Positions 44,149 to 56,627 of a DNA stretch of 64,000 nucleotides are shown here, in pieces; within the stretch, counting starts at the first letter, position 1; each line of letters begins with the position of its first letter. The notes under the pieces are model-generated. The model did no database searches. It saw nothing but the letters and a program-made list of their open reading frames with translations, and was not told the origin of the DNA. A program made the translations under genes and the position numbers. The stretch comes from an uncultured Planctomycetaceae bacterium (GTDB lineage Bacteria > Planctomycetota > Planctomycetia > Planctomycetales > Planctomycetaceae): assembly GCA_963813715.1 (NCBI GenBank), contig CAWFAK010000012.1, positions 32,001 to 96,000 on the forward strand, written 5' to 3'.

Positions 44149-45325
44149 CTATTTTGGCAAATCGAGCGGCGCGTAGTAGGGCTTCTTCGACTTCGTGACC
44201 TTGGTCAGCCAGTTGCGATTCTGGGCCTTTTTGTCGGTGATCGCCCAGTCCTGCCGGTGGATGTTCCAGTTGTCCGGGTCGAGCGCCTCGGCCTCGGCAA
44301 AGTATTGCTTCGCCTTTTTCAGATCCTTCTGATTCGAGAAATACACGCCCAGCTCGAACAGCGACTGGGCCCGTCCTTCGTCGAGCGTCCGCGGGTGGAC
44401 ATGCTTGGCCATTTCGGCCGCGGACCAGATGAACTTGCTCTTGGCACCGTTTGTCACCCAGTCCTCGACGGCCGGCGCGTAATCGTCGGTGCCGAACTTG
44501 ATCATGCCCAGGTTGTGCTTCTTGGCGTACGTCCCCTCGTTGAGCCGCACGATGTGCCCTTCCTCGTCGATCCACGCGGCGGACGGGACGTTCACGAAGT
44601 TGTAAAGCGCGCTGATCGTGTGACTCGGATCGACGATCGTGACGAAGCTGACGTGCGCCGAATCGAACGTCGGGCCCGCCGCCGCCTCGCCGCCGCTGTC
44701 TTCGGCGACCGAAATGATCTCGAACCCGCGGTCCTTCAGCCGTTGGTAGATCGGCTCCCAATTCTTGACGTCGAATCGGCAGCCGCACCAGCTCGCCCAA
44801 GTCATCAGCACCACTTTCTTGCCGCGAAAATCGGACAAGCGAATCAGCTTGCCTTTGCGGTCCGGCAGCTCGAAATTGGGTGCCACGGCCGACTTCAAGA
44901 AAGGCGTGCGCGTCTCGGGAATCGGGCCGAAGCTCCAGGTGCCGCTTTCGCGATCGACGGCGAACGGCTGCTGGATCTTTTGGGCCAGTCCCGTCGACGT
45001 TGATCCATTCCTGGCCGTCCTTCTTCTGCAGCAGGGCGGCGTCTCCCTTTTCCGTCAGCTTGATGCACACGTCGCCCACGCAGAGCACGCCCGGCGGCTT
45101 GAGCGCCAGGCCGTTGATCCGCTGGAGGTCGGCCGCTGTTACCCACAAGTCGCCCCCCTCAATCTTCGGCTGCTCGATTTTGATCGTCGCGCCGTTGGAG
45201 AGCACGGTGGCCGCCGGATGCGAGGCGGGCGCCGCCGGTTCGCTCAGCAGTCGGCCGCCGCTGGCGACGAGAGCGAATCCCGCGAGAACGGCCGCAATCA
45301 CAAGCGATGAGTGGACGCGAACCAT
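44149..45325 (-). CDS. Secreted redoxin/TlpA-like thiol oxidoreductase with C-terminal TPR-like helix (frameshift near 44990)
   Basis: Signal peptide; APNFELPD...LSDFRGKKVVLMTWASWCGC. Confidence 0.8.
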
Positions 45326-45430
45326 GTCGAGCCTCGTTTGAGGAGAGGGTGCCGAGCTTCGGGCAGAATGCCCCGTTCGATGTTACCGTGCCATGTTACT
45401 CGCAGAAGGCACAGTCGACCACGCGGGGCA

Positions 45431-46813
45431 CTATTTGGCGGCCTGAACCGCGTGGACGCCCCGGTCCACGCCCGTGGCGATGATCTCTTCGATATCGGGC
45501 GCCCAGCGTTCGGCCGGCATGCCGTAGACCAGCATCGACGTGTTGCCTTCGTAGCCCCCTTCCTTGAGCACGCGGACCGAGGGGATGTAGGCCATCACGT
45601 CGTTGGCGTAGGCGCTGACCCACGTTTCGGGGCCGTAGCGCTCCTTGAAGCGCAGATCGAAGTCGACGACGACCTCGCCCCCGAGCGCAATCCACAATTG
45701 CTTGCGCCCCAGCCACCACACTTCGATCGGATAGGGGTATGTCCGTGGCAGCGCGCGGCCGGCATCCAGCTCTTTGAGCAGCCGCGTCCCCCACCGCGAC
45801 ACGTAGCCCGCGCGGTCGCGGGCACGGGCCTCGAGCTCCGCTCGCGTCGGCTCGGCGCCCAAGTGCAACGTCACCGTTTCGTAGTGCTCCTCGAGTTTGG
45901 GAGGCAGCGAGTCCAGCTTGCCGGCGAGCACAGCCTCAACCGCCGTGGTCATCATGCCGCCGTATTTTTTCGCCAGCTCGACGGTCCGCCGCGGAATGGG
46001 ATTCTGATCGGCCCCGCAGCCCATGAAAAACAGAGCCGTCGCGCCGGGGTGCGCCGCCTCCAGATTGCTCTCGGCAAAGCCGGCGTAGTCGCCGTTCCAC
46101 TGTTGAATGCTCAGCGTCGTGTTGTGACAGGCGTAACCGAAGACAACCGCCAGCAGTTGTCCGCCTGCCCGACGAACGGCCAGCACGGGAACCGAGTGAT
46201 CCGAGGGCCCGCGGAGTGAATGGCTGGCCTTGAGCGCGGGAACGTCCGGCTCGCGATTGTTGCGGCGATTGACGGCGAAATCGGTCTCGCCCTGACCGAC
46301 GGCCACGCTCGCCGGCACGAGCTGCGTCAGCGCCTCGCCGACGGTCCGCACCATCGTCGACTCCAACTCGCTCGAATAGGCCTCGATCTTTTTCTTTTCG
46401 GCATCGTCGAGCGGATAGGCATCGTAGAGGGCGCCGCGGAGCACCGGGCCGCAATGTGTGTGCGACGCATTCAGCATCACCGCCTCGCGTGGCAGCCCGA
46501 ATTTTTCCTTGAGCGCCTGCGTTACGTGCTCGGAGATCGAACGGGGGATGCCCAACAGATCGCTGCTGACCAGCACGGCTCGACGCCCGTCGGCGTCCTC
46601 GAGTGCCAACACCCGCACGTAAAGCTCGTGCAGCGTGCCGGAGGCCGGACTGGTGCGCGCCGCATAGCCGGCCATCCACAACGGCTCTTTCGGCGTGATG
46701 ACGGCCTTGGCCGTCCCGGCCTTCCACAGCGCGTCGGCGGCCTGCGCAGGACTTACGGGCAGAACGGTCACCCAGAGGATGCTGAAGGTGAACAGGACGC
46801 GGCGGGCGGTCAT
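45431..46813 (-). CDS. Neutral/alkaline ceramidase N-terminal domain protein (secreted)
   Basis: WKAGTAKAVITP...MAGYAAR, ASHTHCGP, YACHNT, GCGADQNP, GGYEG. Confidence 0.8.
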   Translation of the reverse strand: MTARRVLFTFSILWVTVLPVSPAQAADALWKAGTAKAVITPKEPLWMAGYAARTSPASGTLHELYVRVLALEDADGRRAVLVSSDLLGIPRSISEHVTQALKEKFGLPREAVMLNASHTHCGPVLRGALYDAYPLDDAEKKKIEAYSSELESTMVRTVGEALTQLVPASVAVGQGETDFAVNRRNNREPDVPALKASHSLRGPSDHSVPVLAVRRAGGQLLAVVFGYACHNTTLSIQQWNGDYAGFAESNLEAAHPGATALFFMGCGADQNPIPRRTVELAKKYGGMMTTAVEAVLAGKLDSLPPKLEEHYETVTLHLGAEPTRAELEARARDRAGYVSRWGTRLLKELDAGRALPRTYPYPIEVWWLGRKQLWIALGGEVVVDFDLRFKERYGPETWVSAYANDVMAYIPSVRVLKEGGYEGNTSMLVYGMPAERWAPDIEEIIATGVDRGVHAVQAAK

Positions 46814-46823
46814 CAGGGTTCTT

Positions 46824-48321
46824 TCAGACGAGCACGTCGCGGATGACAGTTCCTTCGACGTCGGTGAGTCGGCGGTCGATGCCGTTGTGGCGGACGGTGA
46901 GGCGTTCGTGGTCGATGCCCAGCAGGTGCAGCATGGTGGCGTGGACGTCGTGGCAAGTGGTCGGGTGGTCGCGGTCGGCCGGCTTGTAGCCCCATTCGTC
47001 GCTGGGGCCGAACGTGGTACCGCCGCGAATGCCGCCGCCGGCGAGCCAGTTGGTGAACACGAACGGATTGTGGTCGCCGCCCGCTGCCACCCTGGGCGCA
47101 GGGCATGCGGCCGAACTCGGTCGTCCAGTGGATCAGCGTGTCGTCGAGCAGGCCGCGCTGCTTGAGGTCGAGAATCAGGGCCGCCGTGGCGCGGGCCATG
47201 CCCAGCGCCAGCGGCCGATGGTCGCGGGCGATGTCTTCGTGCGAGTCCCAGTTCCGCCGCGGGAAGCCGTTGTCGTTGCCCGACCAGATCTGCACGAAGC
47301 GCACGCCCCGCTCCAAGAGCCGGCGGGCGATCAGGCACTTGCGGCCGAAGTGGTCCGTCTCTTCGCGATCGTTGATTTCCGATGGGAACGCGGCCGGCCG
47401 TGATCGAGTCCGTACATCTTGAGGACGTGCTCCGGTTCGCTCGACAGGTCGAGCGCCTCGGGCGCGCTCAACTGCATGCGGGCGGCCAGCTCATAACTGC
47501 GGATGCGGGCTTCCAGTCGCGAATCGCCGGGCCGCGATGCCGCGTGCTCGCGGTTGAGTTCGCTCAGCAGTTCGATCGAGCGGCGGCGCGAGCGCTGCCG
47601 CCGTCGTGGCCCGGCGGCGCGTGCAGGTCGGCGATCGGATTGCCTGCGCCGGGACGCAGGATCGTTCCCTGGTGCTCGGCGGGGAGAAAGCCGGCGCTCC
47701 AGTTTTTCGGGCCGTTGGAGGCGAAGCCCCGATGGTCGGGCAGCACGACGAACGTCGGCAGGTTTTCGTTCGCCGAGCCGAGGGCAAAGCTGACCCACGC
47801 AGCCTGCGCCGGGAAAGCCGGGCCGATCGAAGCCGGTGGCCTGCAGATAAGTGCCCTGGCTGTGCACGCCCGTTTTGCCGACGAGGTTATGGACGAAGGC
47901 CATCTCGTCGACGCACGCGCCGAGCGGCGCGACGATTTCGTTCAGCATCTTGCCGCACTGCGCCGTAGGGCCGCCATTTCCAGGGCGAGCAAAACGTGGC
48001 GCCGAGCCCGTCCTGAAACAGCTCGACGTGCTCGCCCGCGTCCCACTTCTCGCCATCGCGCTGATGCAAGAGCGGCTTGTAGTCGAACGTGTCGAGATGA
48101 CTGGCCCCGCCCGCCATGAAGAGCTGGACCACCCGCTTGGCCTTGGCCGGATGATGCAATCGCTCGAGCGCGCCGCCGCTCCGCGGTTGGCTGCCTGCCG
48201 CCAGCAGGCCGTCCCCGTTGAGCAGATGCGCGAGCGCGATTCCGCCCAAGCCACCGCCGAGTTCCCATAAGAACTGGCGGCGGCCGAGTGGCGTCGGGGT
48301 TTCGCGTTGCATGGTTGGCAT
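46824..48321 (-). CDS. DUF1501 domain protein (Tat-like RRQFL; several frameshifts)
   Basis: [68 protein letters not shown]. Confidence 0.88.
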
Positions 48322-48333
48322 TTCGGGGGAGAG

Positions 48334-50782
48334 CTAATCGACGTACACAAACTCGTTCAGGTTAAACAGGAGCCGGCACGCTTCGGCCAAGCCGAATTCG
48401 CGGGCGAACCCGGTTAAGCGCCGCGATTCCGACGCGCTCGGCCCGCGTTGCAGCGTCGCGCGCACGGCCGCGGCAATCTGGCCTTCCAAGTCGGGCGACT
48501 CGGTGCGCACCCGGTCGGCCAAGTGCTCGGCCATGCGAATCATGAACCGGTCGTTCAACAGCGCGAGCGCTTGCAGTGCGGTGATCGATTCGTCCCGCTT
48601 CTCCACAATCTGCGACGGGTCGGCACAGTCGAGCGCCTCCAAAAACGGATCGGGCTGCGAACGGACGAGGAACCGATAGACGCAGCGGCGATGCGTGCGG
48701 CGATCATCCGGATCGGACTTGTCGTACTCGTAGTGCGGCGAGTGTTCGGGCTTCTCGATGAGAAACGTTTGAAACGACGGGCCGAACATCCGTCCCTCGA
48801 GCCGGCCGCTCGCCGCCAGCACGCTATCGCGGAGCGATTCGGCATCAAGTCGCGTGCGATTCATCCGCCACAGCCGAGCATTGCCCGCGTCGACCAGCTC
48901 GCCGCGCGGGGACGACGTTGACGCCTGCCGATAAGCCGCGCTTGTCACGATCAGGCGATGCAGGCGTTTGAGCGATTGGCCGCCGTCGCGAAAATCGGCC
49001 GCCAGCCAATCGAGCAGCTGCGGATGCGAGGGCTGCTGCCCCATGCGGCCGAAGTCGCTGGGACTGTCGACGATGCCGCGGCCAAAGTGATAGAGCCAGA
49101 CGCGATTGACGATCGACCGCCACGTGAGCGGATTGCGACGATCGACGATCCAGCGGGCCAGCGCGATCCGCCGTTCCTGTTCGCCGGCGCCGGCCGGCAA
49201 TTCGATTCGCCAAGGAACGTCTTTGACGATCGGCGGCGTCCCCGGGCCGACGAGCTTGGCTGGCCGGCGGACGTCGCCCCGCTCCAGCACGTGAATCACG
49301 CGGGGCCGACCGCCGTTGGCGCCGGTGCCGCGAAACGCGCCGCTTCCCTCAAAAACCGTGCCGCAGTAGACCACCCTCTGCGCAGGCAGCGTCGCCAGCG
49401 CAGCCATGAGCCGGCTCCGCTCGGCCACGACTCCGGCCGCCGCCGTCGCGACGGTCGAACCATGTGACGGCAGCGGTTCGAGTTGCGCAAGCGGTCGGCC
49501 AATTGGCGGCGACGCCGAGCCACGGACGGGTCGACATCGTACGAGCGGTCGGCCCGGTCGATGGCGGCAAAGACGGCCTGCAGGCTGTAGTAATGCTCCT
49601 GCGTGAGCGGATCGAATTTGTGATCGTGGCACCGCGCGCATTGCACGGTCAGGCTGCAAAATGTGTTGAAGGTGGTGGTCACAATGTCGTCGCGGTCGAG
49701 GTTCCGCGCGATCTGGCCGTCGATCTTCGTCTCCGGCACCTCCGCATGCCCGATGAAGTCCCAAGGCCCGGCCGCCAGAAAGCCGGTGGCCTCGATGCCG
49801 TCTCGCGAGTCGGGCTCGAGCGCGTCGCCGGCCAGTTGCTCGGCGACGAACTGATCGTAGGGCCGGTCTGCGTTGAACGCGCGAATCAGGTAATCGCGAT
49901 AGGGCCAGGCGTGCGGCCGCGGCTTGTCCTTGTCGTAACCGTGCGTCTCGCCGTAGTGCACGACGTCGAGCCAGTGACGGGCCCAGCGCTCGCCAAAATG
50001 TGGCGAAGCGAGCAAGCGATCGACGAGCTTTTCGTAAGCCCGCGGATCGCGGTCGGCGACGAACGCTTCCACCTCCGCGACGCTGGGCGGCAAGCCGAGC
50101 AGGTCGAAGGACAGCCGGCGGATCAGCGTGCGGCGATCGGCCTCGGGCGCGGCGCCAGTCCGGCCGACTGTAGTCCGTCGAGAATGAACGCATCGATCGG
50201 CGTGCGAACCCAGCCCGTGTTCTTGTCGGGGGGGCTAAACGACAAACTGGGAATCGACGAACGGGGAATCGGCGGTTTGGAAAGCGGCCGCAGCGACCAC
50301 CAATCGAGCGGGTCATCTTTGAGGACAACGTTGGCCGGCCACTCAGCCCCCGCGGCGATCCAATAGCGGAGCGCCTGCACTTCAGCGGCCAAGAGCGGCT
50401 TGCCGTTCTTGGGCATCTCCGGCTTGTCGCCCGAAACGACTTCGATCAGCCGGCTCTCCTGCGGCTTGCCGGGAACGACGATCGGCGAGCCATCCGCACC
50501 GGCCGCCAAGCCTTTGGCGGAGCTGAGATCGAGTCGCCCCTTCGCTTTGGCCCCCTGATGGCAGCGGAGGCAGTGCTGTTTGAGGATGGGGGCGACGCGA
50601 TCGCGGAACGCGTGCGGCTCGCCGGCTTCTGCCGCTGACCACGCGCAGAGCGCGGCCGTCAGCAGCAAGGCGAAAAGCGTCAGCAGACATCGCGTCGGCA
50701 AGCGCGACTCCCGGCAGGACTGTCGCACGCGGGCCACTCGGGGAGTTTTTCCCGGGTCGCACAGGCGCGGGGGGATCCCCAT
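48334..50782 (-). CDS. Planctomycete cytochrome C / DUF1549 / DUF1553 (PSD1) protein (frameshifted)
   Basis: [61 protein letters not shown]; start approximate. Confidence 0.88.
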
Positions 50783-50783
50783 C

Positions 50784-51821
50784 TTAATCCGCGTCGGGAC
50801 TTCCGGCCACGACCGCCTTCGAGCCGGGCTGTTCGGCCGGGGTGCCGTCCGGGGACGCCGGCCCATTCGCGGCCGCCTGACGACGAACGCGACGCTCGAA
50901 CAGCAGGTAAAGCGGCGCGGCAACCAGCAGGGGCAACCAGTTGTAGAGCACGCGAAAGACCACGCATGCCGCGAGGAAGGCCGGCTGCTGCTCCTTCGGC
51001 GCGGTCGCCACGATCACCGCTTCAAAAACTCCCGCACCGCCCGGCGCGTGAGTCAGCACGCCGGCGACGATCGCCAGCAGGTAAACGCCCAGAATCTCGG
51101 GGTATCCCACTTGCAGGCGGGCAGGAAAGAGCACCCAAAAGCAGGCCGCCGCCACCAAAAAGTCGAGGGCAGCCACGCCGAGTTGCGCGCCCGACATCCA
51201 AAACCCAGGAAACCGCCACTCCCGGCCCCAGAAATGGATGGGACGCTTCCAGAGGGCCGAAACGAGCAAGTAGGCCACGGCCATGCCGATCAGCATCCAG
51301 GCCAGCGAATTGGTGTTCTCGACCGGGATGTTGAGCTCCGGGGCGATGTCCCTCGGCGACAGCAGAAAGACGACGCCCGCCAGCCCGAAGACGCCAAACC
51401 AAAAGGTGATGCCCAAGATCATCACCAGTTGCACGATCTCGGCCGGCTTCAGTCCCCACAACGAATAAAAGCGGTAGCGGACCGACCCGCCCCCCAACAG
51501 CGAGCCGAAGTTGTAGCTCATCGCAAAGCCGACAAATGAGGCGAAGGCAATCCTCCGTAAAGGGAGCGGATGGCCGGTCGACCTGACGGCGATGTAGTCG
51601 TACCCCATCAGGACGATGTAGTTGATCACCGTCAGCCCGATGCAGAAACCCATCCGCCAGGGATGAATTTGCACGAGGGCCTTGCGGTACTGCTCGAGCG
51701 AGTGTTGCCGCAGCTCGCGAAACAGGATCACGCCCGCGAGGACCACGATGATCAACACGAGGATCGGCGCGAGTTTATGGATCCAGTCGGCGACGCTTGC
51801 GCCTCGTCGTTCCTCAGACAT
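50784..51821 (-). CDS. Lysylphosphatidylglycerol synthase TM / YbhN-family flippase-like membrane protein
   Basis: GYDY, GGGSVRYRFYS, HAPGGAGVFEA, FRVLYNWLP; multiple TM helices. Confidence 0.82.
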   Translation of the reverse strand: MSEERRGASVADWIHKLAPILVLIIVVLAGVILFRELRQHSLEQYRKALVQIHPWRMGFCIGLTVINYIVLMGYDYIAVRSTGHPLPLRRIAFASFVGFAMSYNFGSLLGGGSVRYRFYSLWGLKPAEIVQLVMILGITFWFGVFGLAGVVFLLSPRDIAPELNIPVENTNSLAWMLIGMAVAYLLVSALWKRPIHFWGREWRFPGFWMSGAQLGVAALDFLVAAACFWVLFPARLQVGYPEILGVYLLAIVAGVLTHAPGGAGVFEAVIVATAPKEQQPAFLAACVVFRVLYNWLPLLVAAPLYLLFERRVRRQAAANGPASPDGTPAEQPGSKAVVAGSPDAD

Positions 51822-51854
51822 CGTCCCCTCGCGCCCGTGAAATTGCCTCCCCGG

Positions 51855-51883
51855 ACGCTATTAACTCCGTGGGGCAGTGTCAA
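51855..51883 (-). promoter_or_regulatory. Candidate sigma70 promoter for the YbhN-like gene
   Basis: Minus strand TTGACA-17 nt-TAGCGT. Confidence 0.45.
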
Positions 51884-51991
51884 ACGGGCGACTGTCAAAT
51901 CGGGGCGAGGTCAATAGCTCCAGGCAGGGTCAAATCTCGGGCAAGGGGCGCGGTGTCATCCTAAGCCAGGCAATCGCGGTCGCGAAATAGG

Positions 51992-53001
51992 TCACTCCCT
52001 GCGGGCCAGTTGGTCCTCCGTTCGCGGCGGGCAAGGCGCCGTGCGCGCGGCCACGCTCTCGCCGGGCAGGCATCCGCTTTGCGCGGTGAGCACGTGGGTG
52101 TGGAAGCCGGCCGACACGCTTTGACGAAACAGCCGCTGCGACGGCCGAGGAACCGGGAGCTCCGATGGCTCCGCGTTCTGCGTCAGGTCAGTCGCAGCGG
52201 CCGTGTTCGAGGTTTCCGGCGGCCGGCGCTCGAAGCGCGTGCCCTTGTCGTCGGGGGGCGGTTGCCGTTTGGGAATGGTGGTCGGGGCGACGCCTGGAAT
52301 TGGATCGCCAAGCGGCCCCGCCGGCGGATAGCCGGGTCGGTTGATCGCACCGGGCGGGAGGGCGGGATTGGTCTCGAAAGTGGGGCAGCAGCCGTCTCCA
52401 CCGGGGGCGGGCGCTCCGAGACAGCTTGCCCCGCAGCTGCCGCCGCCCGCGCCGCAACCGGCTGGTCCACACGACGGGCCACAAGATGGGCCGCAAGACG
52501 GACCGTACGACGGACCACAAGCCATACCACACGGCGGCCCGCCGCATGGACTGCCACAGAATGGACTGCCACAGACAGGACTGCCGCAAAACGCGCGCCG
52601 CCGCACGGTCCGCCGCAACTGCCTCCGCACGGCATGCCGCAAGGGGCGCCACAGGGCGGCGAACAGCAGCGTCCACAGACGGGGCCACAACCTCCGCAAC
52701 TCCCACACCCGCCGCCGCACGGCGATCCACAACACGAGCCGCAGGGCGGACAACAGCGTCCGCCGCCGAACAAGCTGAGACCGAAGGGCGCACGGGGACA
52801 ACCACAGCCCGCCGAGCATCCAAAGCCGTAGCCCCCCGACGGGCAGCAGCAATTGGGTGCCGGCGAGCCGAATCCGAACGAACCAAATCCGGGCGAGCCG
52901 CAGCCGGGCGAACAACCGCCGCCCCCGCAGCCCGAGCCGCAACATTGTGCAAGGGCCGTCGCTGAACCAAACAACAGCGCGCCAACCGCCGCCGTCAGCA
53001 T
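51992..53001 (-). CDS. Secreted Cys/Gly/Pro-rich low-complexity protein (frameshift near 52595)
   Basis: Signal-like MLTAAVGALLFGSATALA, then about 40 Cys in CG/CGSP/CGPS repeats, then a Pro-rich tail; start uncertain. Confidence 0.7.
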
Positions 53002-53697
53002 GAAGACGCGGCGCGGCCACGTGTGAATCGGCGCAATCGGCGCGCCGAAGACAGTTGAATCAAGAGTCGCGGGGACCGGGGACGACCACCAGACCGAGGC
53101 CGCCAGTGGACGCGACGTCCCCTCCCCGGAATAACGAGCGGCCGGACAATGCGGCCGTCGCGCCGTACTCGGAACGGGTACTGGAACGAGGACAGGAACG
53201 CGGACGATAGCGAACCGGCTCCCGCCCGGCAGCGAGTTGCCGCCACCGCGGGAAGCGGACGGAGGGATCAGCCAGTTTCGCAGGCGGCGGGGACTTGGCG
53301 CCCGTCCGAGCTGGCGTACCCCGAATGAGAACCTGCGCGCAGCAGCACGCGCTGCTTCAATCAACCCTGACATGGCAGACACCTCCGGCGAAGCGCCGAT
53401 CGAGTGGAACCAGCGGCCCCGCAGGGAGTGCTGTCACACGGACACGCCGCGGCAAGCTGTCCTTCCGCTTTGCAATCAGCATGCCGGGGCCGCAGTTGTC
53501 ATGTCGGCGCCGCCCCCGCGTGCGGCCGACCTTCGCCCAACTCGCCGAAGCCGCGCGATTTCGCAAAGTTCGACGCGAAAGCACAGCGCGGACACCTGAA
53601 GTGCCCCACAGGACCGGACAAACGCCTGCCGTCCGATTGCACTTTTTGCATTGCGCAGACGGAAGAATCGGCACTCAGCCGTAACGCCAAGGCTCGC

Positions 53698-54162
53698 TCA
53701 GGCGGTGACGAAGCTCATGTGCAGCTCCGCATGGCGGAGGCACATTTGGGTGCACTCGTCGACGGTCATCGGACCGAGAAACGGATGCGCGGCTCGTTTT
53801 TGCTCGTTCTTCAGTCGCTCGGTCGAGCGACGCAGGTGCTCGAGCGCCGCCGTCGCATCCATCGCGTCCGGCACCAGTACAGCCGCGGCCCTCGGGCTCA
53901 GCTTGAAGCCGGGGGTCAGCCCCTTGACGAGCAATCGCTTCTTGAGAAAGAACCGACCGACGGTCCGGATCGGCAACGGGGCCTGAAACCCAAAGCCATC
54001 GATCATTTTGTCCTGCGCGATGGCGAGGTGCTCGAGAATCTGCCCGAGCGACCAGGTGCCCGTCGTGGCCGAGTTCGCGCTCACCGCCCGGGCGGCGTCG
54101 GCGACGACTTCGTCGAGGGTTCTGTATCGAATGCGTCGGCGAGTCGGCGTGGCACTGGCCAT
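53698..54162 (-). CDS. DUF1569 / DinB-like protein
   Basis: WSLGQILEHLA...HPFLGPMT...RHAELHMSF. Confidence 0.8.
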   Translation of the reverse strand: MASATPTRRRIRYRTLDEVVADAARAVSANSATTGTWSLGQILEHLAIAQDKMIDGFGFQAPLPIRTVGRFFLKKRLLVKGLTPGFKLSPRAAAVLVPDAMDATAALEHLRRSTERLKNEQKRAAHPFLGPMTVDECTQMCLRHAELHMSFVTA

Positions 54163-54458
54163 AAAAATCGCTCCAGGCAGAGGTGCGGTCTGAGGTGCAG
54201 ACCCGCCAGTCAGTATACGGACGCTTCCCGCGGCGAAGCAAAGTCCCAACGGAAACAACGCCCCAACGGAAACGGCAGCGGGACGGCGACAGCACCGCGC
54301 CCGAACGCCGAACCGGCGAGGATGAAACTCCCGAGATAGAGGCCCGCGGGGCGGCTCTGCTAAGATTCCGGGTGACCCGGGCCTGTGGCTTTGGTACAAC
54401 GACACTCTGACTTGAATCCGCGTCGATGATGTGGCACTGGCCTCGCAAGGACCGTTCG

Positions 54459-54842
54459 ATGGGTCGGCTGGAGCAGACTCAGTTCCACAAGGTCTTCCTG
54501 ACCGAACTCGAAGGGCACACCCTCGTCGTGGCGCCTCGGGGAGACGCGGTCGGCTTTCGCGATTCGGACGTGGCCGGCGAACTCAGTAACCTGCTCTCGC
54601 TCATCGGCACGCCGGGCATCGTCAATCTGGTCGTCGACCTGAGCAGCTCCGAGTATTTCGGCTCGACGATGATCGGCGCGATCAATGAGCTGGGCACCCG
54701 GTTCCGCGAGATCGGCGGGAAGACCGCCTTGTGCGAAGTCTCGCCGCAAATGTCCGACGTGCTCGAGATCATGCACCTGGGCGACGTGTGGATGAAGTTC
54801 GACACGCGCAAAATCGCCCTGCGCTACATGAGCAAGTTTTGA
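54459..54842 (+). CDS. STAS-domain anti-sigma factor antagonist
   Basis: [19 protein letters not shown]...GGKTALC...VLEIMHL. Confidence 0.8.
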   Translation: MGRLEQTQFHKVFLTELEGHTLVVAPRGDAVGFRDSDVAGELSNLLSLIGTPGIVNLVVDLSSSEYFGSTMIGAINELGTRFREIGGKTALCEVSPQMSDVLEIMHLGDVWMKFDTRKIALRYMSKF

Positions 54843-56365
54843 GCGCCGACGTCCTGCTTGCCGCGCTCAACGCCCGCTATGCGCACGCGGCCTTCGGCCT
54901 CCGCTACCTGCTGGCCAACATGGGCGAGCTGACGCCGCGGACCGAGCTGGTGGAGTTCGTCGCAAACTCGCCGAGCGAACAAATTCTCCAGTCGCTGCTC
55001 GCCCGCAATCCCCGCATTCTGGGGCTGGGTGTTTACATCTGGAATGTGGAGGCAGCCACGCGGCTCGTCCGGGAATTGAAGCGGGTGCGGCCCGAGCTGG
55101 TCATCGTCCTCGGCGGACCGGAAGTCAGTTATGAAACCGACGACCAGGAGATCGTGCGGCTGGCCGACTACACGGTCTGCGGAGAAGCCGATCTCGCCTT
55201 CGCCGCGCTCTGCCGGCAAATCCTGGCCGGCGACGCGCCCGAGCGCCGCGTGATCGCAGCCGAGATACCCGTCCTCGACCGGCTGGCGCTGCCCTATCAC
55301 CTTTACACGGACGAAGACATCGCCCGGCGGGTGATTTATGTCGAGGCGTCGCGGGGCTGCCCCTATTCGTGCGAGTTCTGCCTGTCGGCGCTGGAGATTC
55401 CCGTCCGCCAGTTCGCGCTCGATCCCTTCCTGGCGGCTCTCGGCGAGCTGTTCGCGCGCGGCACGCGTCAGTTCAAGTTCGTCGATCGCACGTTCAATCT
55501 AAATCTGCGGACCAGCCGGGCGATTCTCGATTTCTTTTACGAGCGGTACGAACCGGGGCTGTTTTTGCACTTCGAGATGATCCCCGATCGCTTCCCCGAG
55601 GCGCTTCGCGACGCGATCCGTCGTTTTCCGCCCGGGGCGCTGCAATTCGAGGTCGGCGTGCAGTCTTTCAACGAAGAGACGGCCGAGCTGATCAGCCGCC
55701 GGCAGGACAATCGCAGGCTCGAGGAAAATCTGCGGTTTCTCCGCGCGGAGACCGGCGTCCACGTCCACGCCGACCTGATCGTCGGCCTGCCGGGCGAGTC
55801 GCTGGAGAGTTTTGGCGCCGGGTTCGATCGGCTACTCGCCCTCGGCCCGCAAGAAATTCAGGTCGGTATGTTGAAGCGGCTGCGCGGCACTCCCATCATC
55901 CGGCACGACGTCGAGTGGGCCATGCGCTACAGCCCGCGACCCCCCTACGAGATTCTCTCCAACCGACTGATCGACGAGCCCACGATGGCGCGCTTAGCCC
56001 GCTTCGCGCGGTTTTGGGACCTCGTCGCCAACAGCGGCAACTTCATCGAGTCGGCGCCGCGACTGTGGCGCGACGGTTCGCCCTTCGCCAGCTTCATCGC
56101 GTTTTCCGACTGGCTCTATGCGCGACTGGGCCGCACGTGGGCAATTCCGCTGGTCGAGCTGGCTGAAAGCGTCTTCGTTTATCTGGTCGATGTGCTCGGC
56201 CACGACGCGCAAGCGACGGCCGAGACGATCTGGCGGGACTACCAGCGCGGCAACCGCCCCGACCGCCCCGCCTTCTTGAGCCCGTACGTCGAGCCGCCGT
56301 CCCGTCGCGCACTGCTCGGCCAACCGTCCCGCGCCCGCCGCCAGGCACGCCACCAACTTTCGTAG
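54839..56365 (+). CDS. B12-binding radical SAM protein (DUF4080-type)
   Basis: [42 protein letters not shown] overlaps the upstream stop. Confidence 0.88.
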   Translation: MSADVLLAALNARYAHAAFGLRYLLANMGELTPRTELVEFVANSPSEQILQSLLARNPRILGLGVYIWNVEAATRLVRELKRVRPELVIVLGGPEVSYETDDQEIVRLADYTVCGEADLAFAALCRQILAGDAPERRVIAAEIPVLDRLALPYHLYTDEDIARRVIYVEASRGCPYSCEFCLSALEIPVRQFALDPFLAALGELFARGTRQFKFVDRTFNLNLRTSRAILDFFYERYEPGLFLHFEMIPDRFPEALRDAIRRFPPGALQFEVGVQSFNEETAELISRRQDNRRLEENLRFLRAETGVHVHADLIVGLPGESLESFGAGFDRLLALGPQEIQVGMLKRLRGTPIIRHDVEWAMRYSPRPPYEILSNRLIDEPTMARLARFARFWDLVANSGNFIESAPRLWRDGSPFASFIAFSDWLYARLGRTWAIPLVELAESVFVYLVDVLGHDAQATAETIWRDYQRGNRPDRPAFLSPYVEPPSRRALLGQPSRARRQARHQLS

Positions 56366-56627
56366 CCGACTCACCGTTGGGGCGAGGCACGGACAAATCG
56401 GCGCAGGTTCTCAAGGAAATGCACCGGGCGACGAATAGCTCTCCAGGCGAAGCTGCGCCTGCATGACTGCTCCGCCCCAACTCCCGAACTCCCTGAGACC
56501 TTGGATGGTTAAGCCATCCGTTTGAACGGGCGCACCGAGCGAATTCCGCTCTTCTCGCGCAACTGTCGCGCGCTTAGGATCCGGCGAAGACGACACGCCC
56601 GCTGCGATTTTGAGGAGACTGCCGACC

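Noticed and set aside
44770..44805. Selenocysteine in the redoxin active site
   Set aside because: The codons read TGG-TGC-GGC-TGC (WCGC); there is no in-frame TGA.
53555..53640. c-di-GMP-I riboswitch (GCAAA...GACGC..AAAGC-like words)
   Set aside because: The spacing and the GAAA-capped P2 stem do not fit the consensus.
54839..56365. B12 radical SAM as maturase of the Cys-rich protein (RiPP cluster)
   Set aside because: It is divergently oriented, separated by unrelated genes, has no RRE/SPASM features or transporter, and resembles a widespread stand-alone family.
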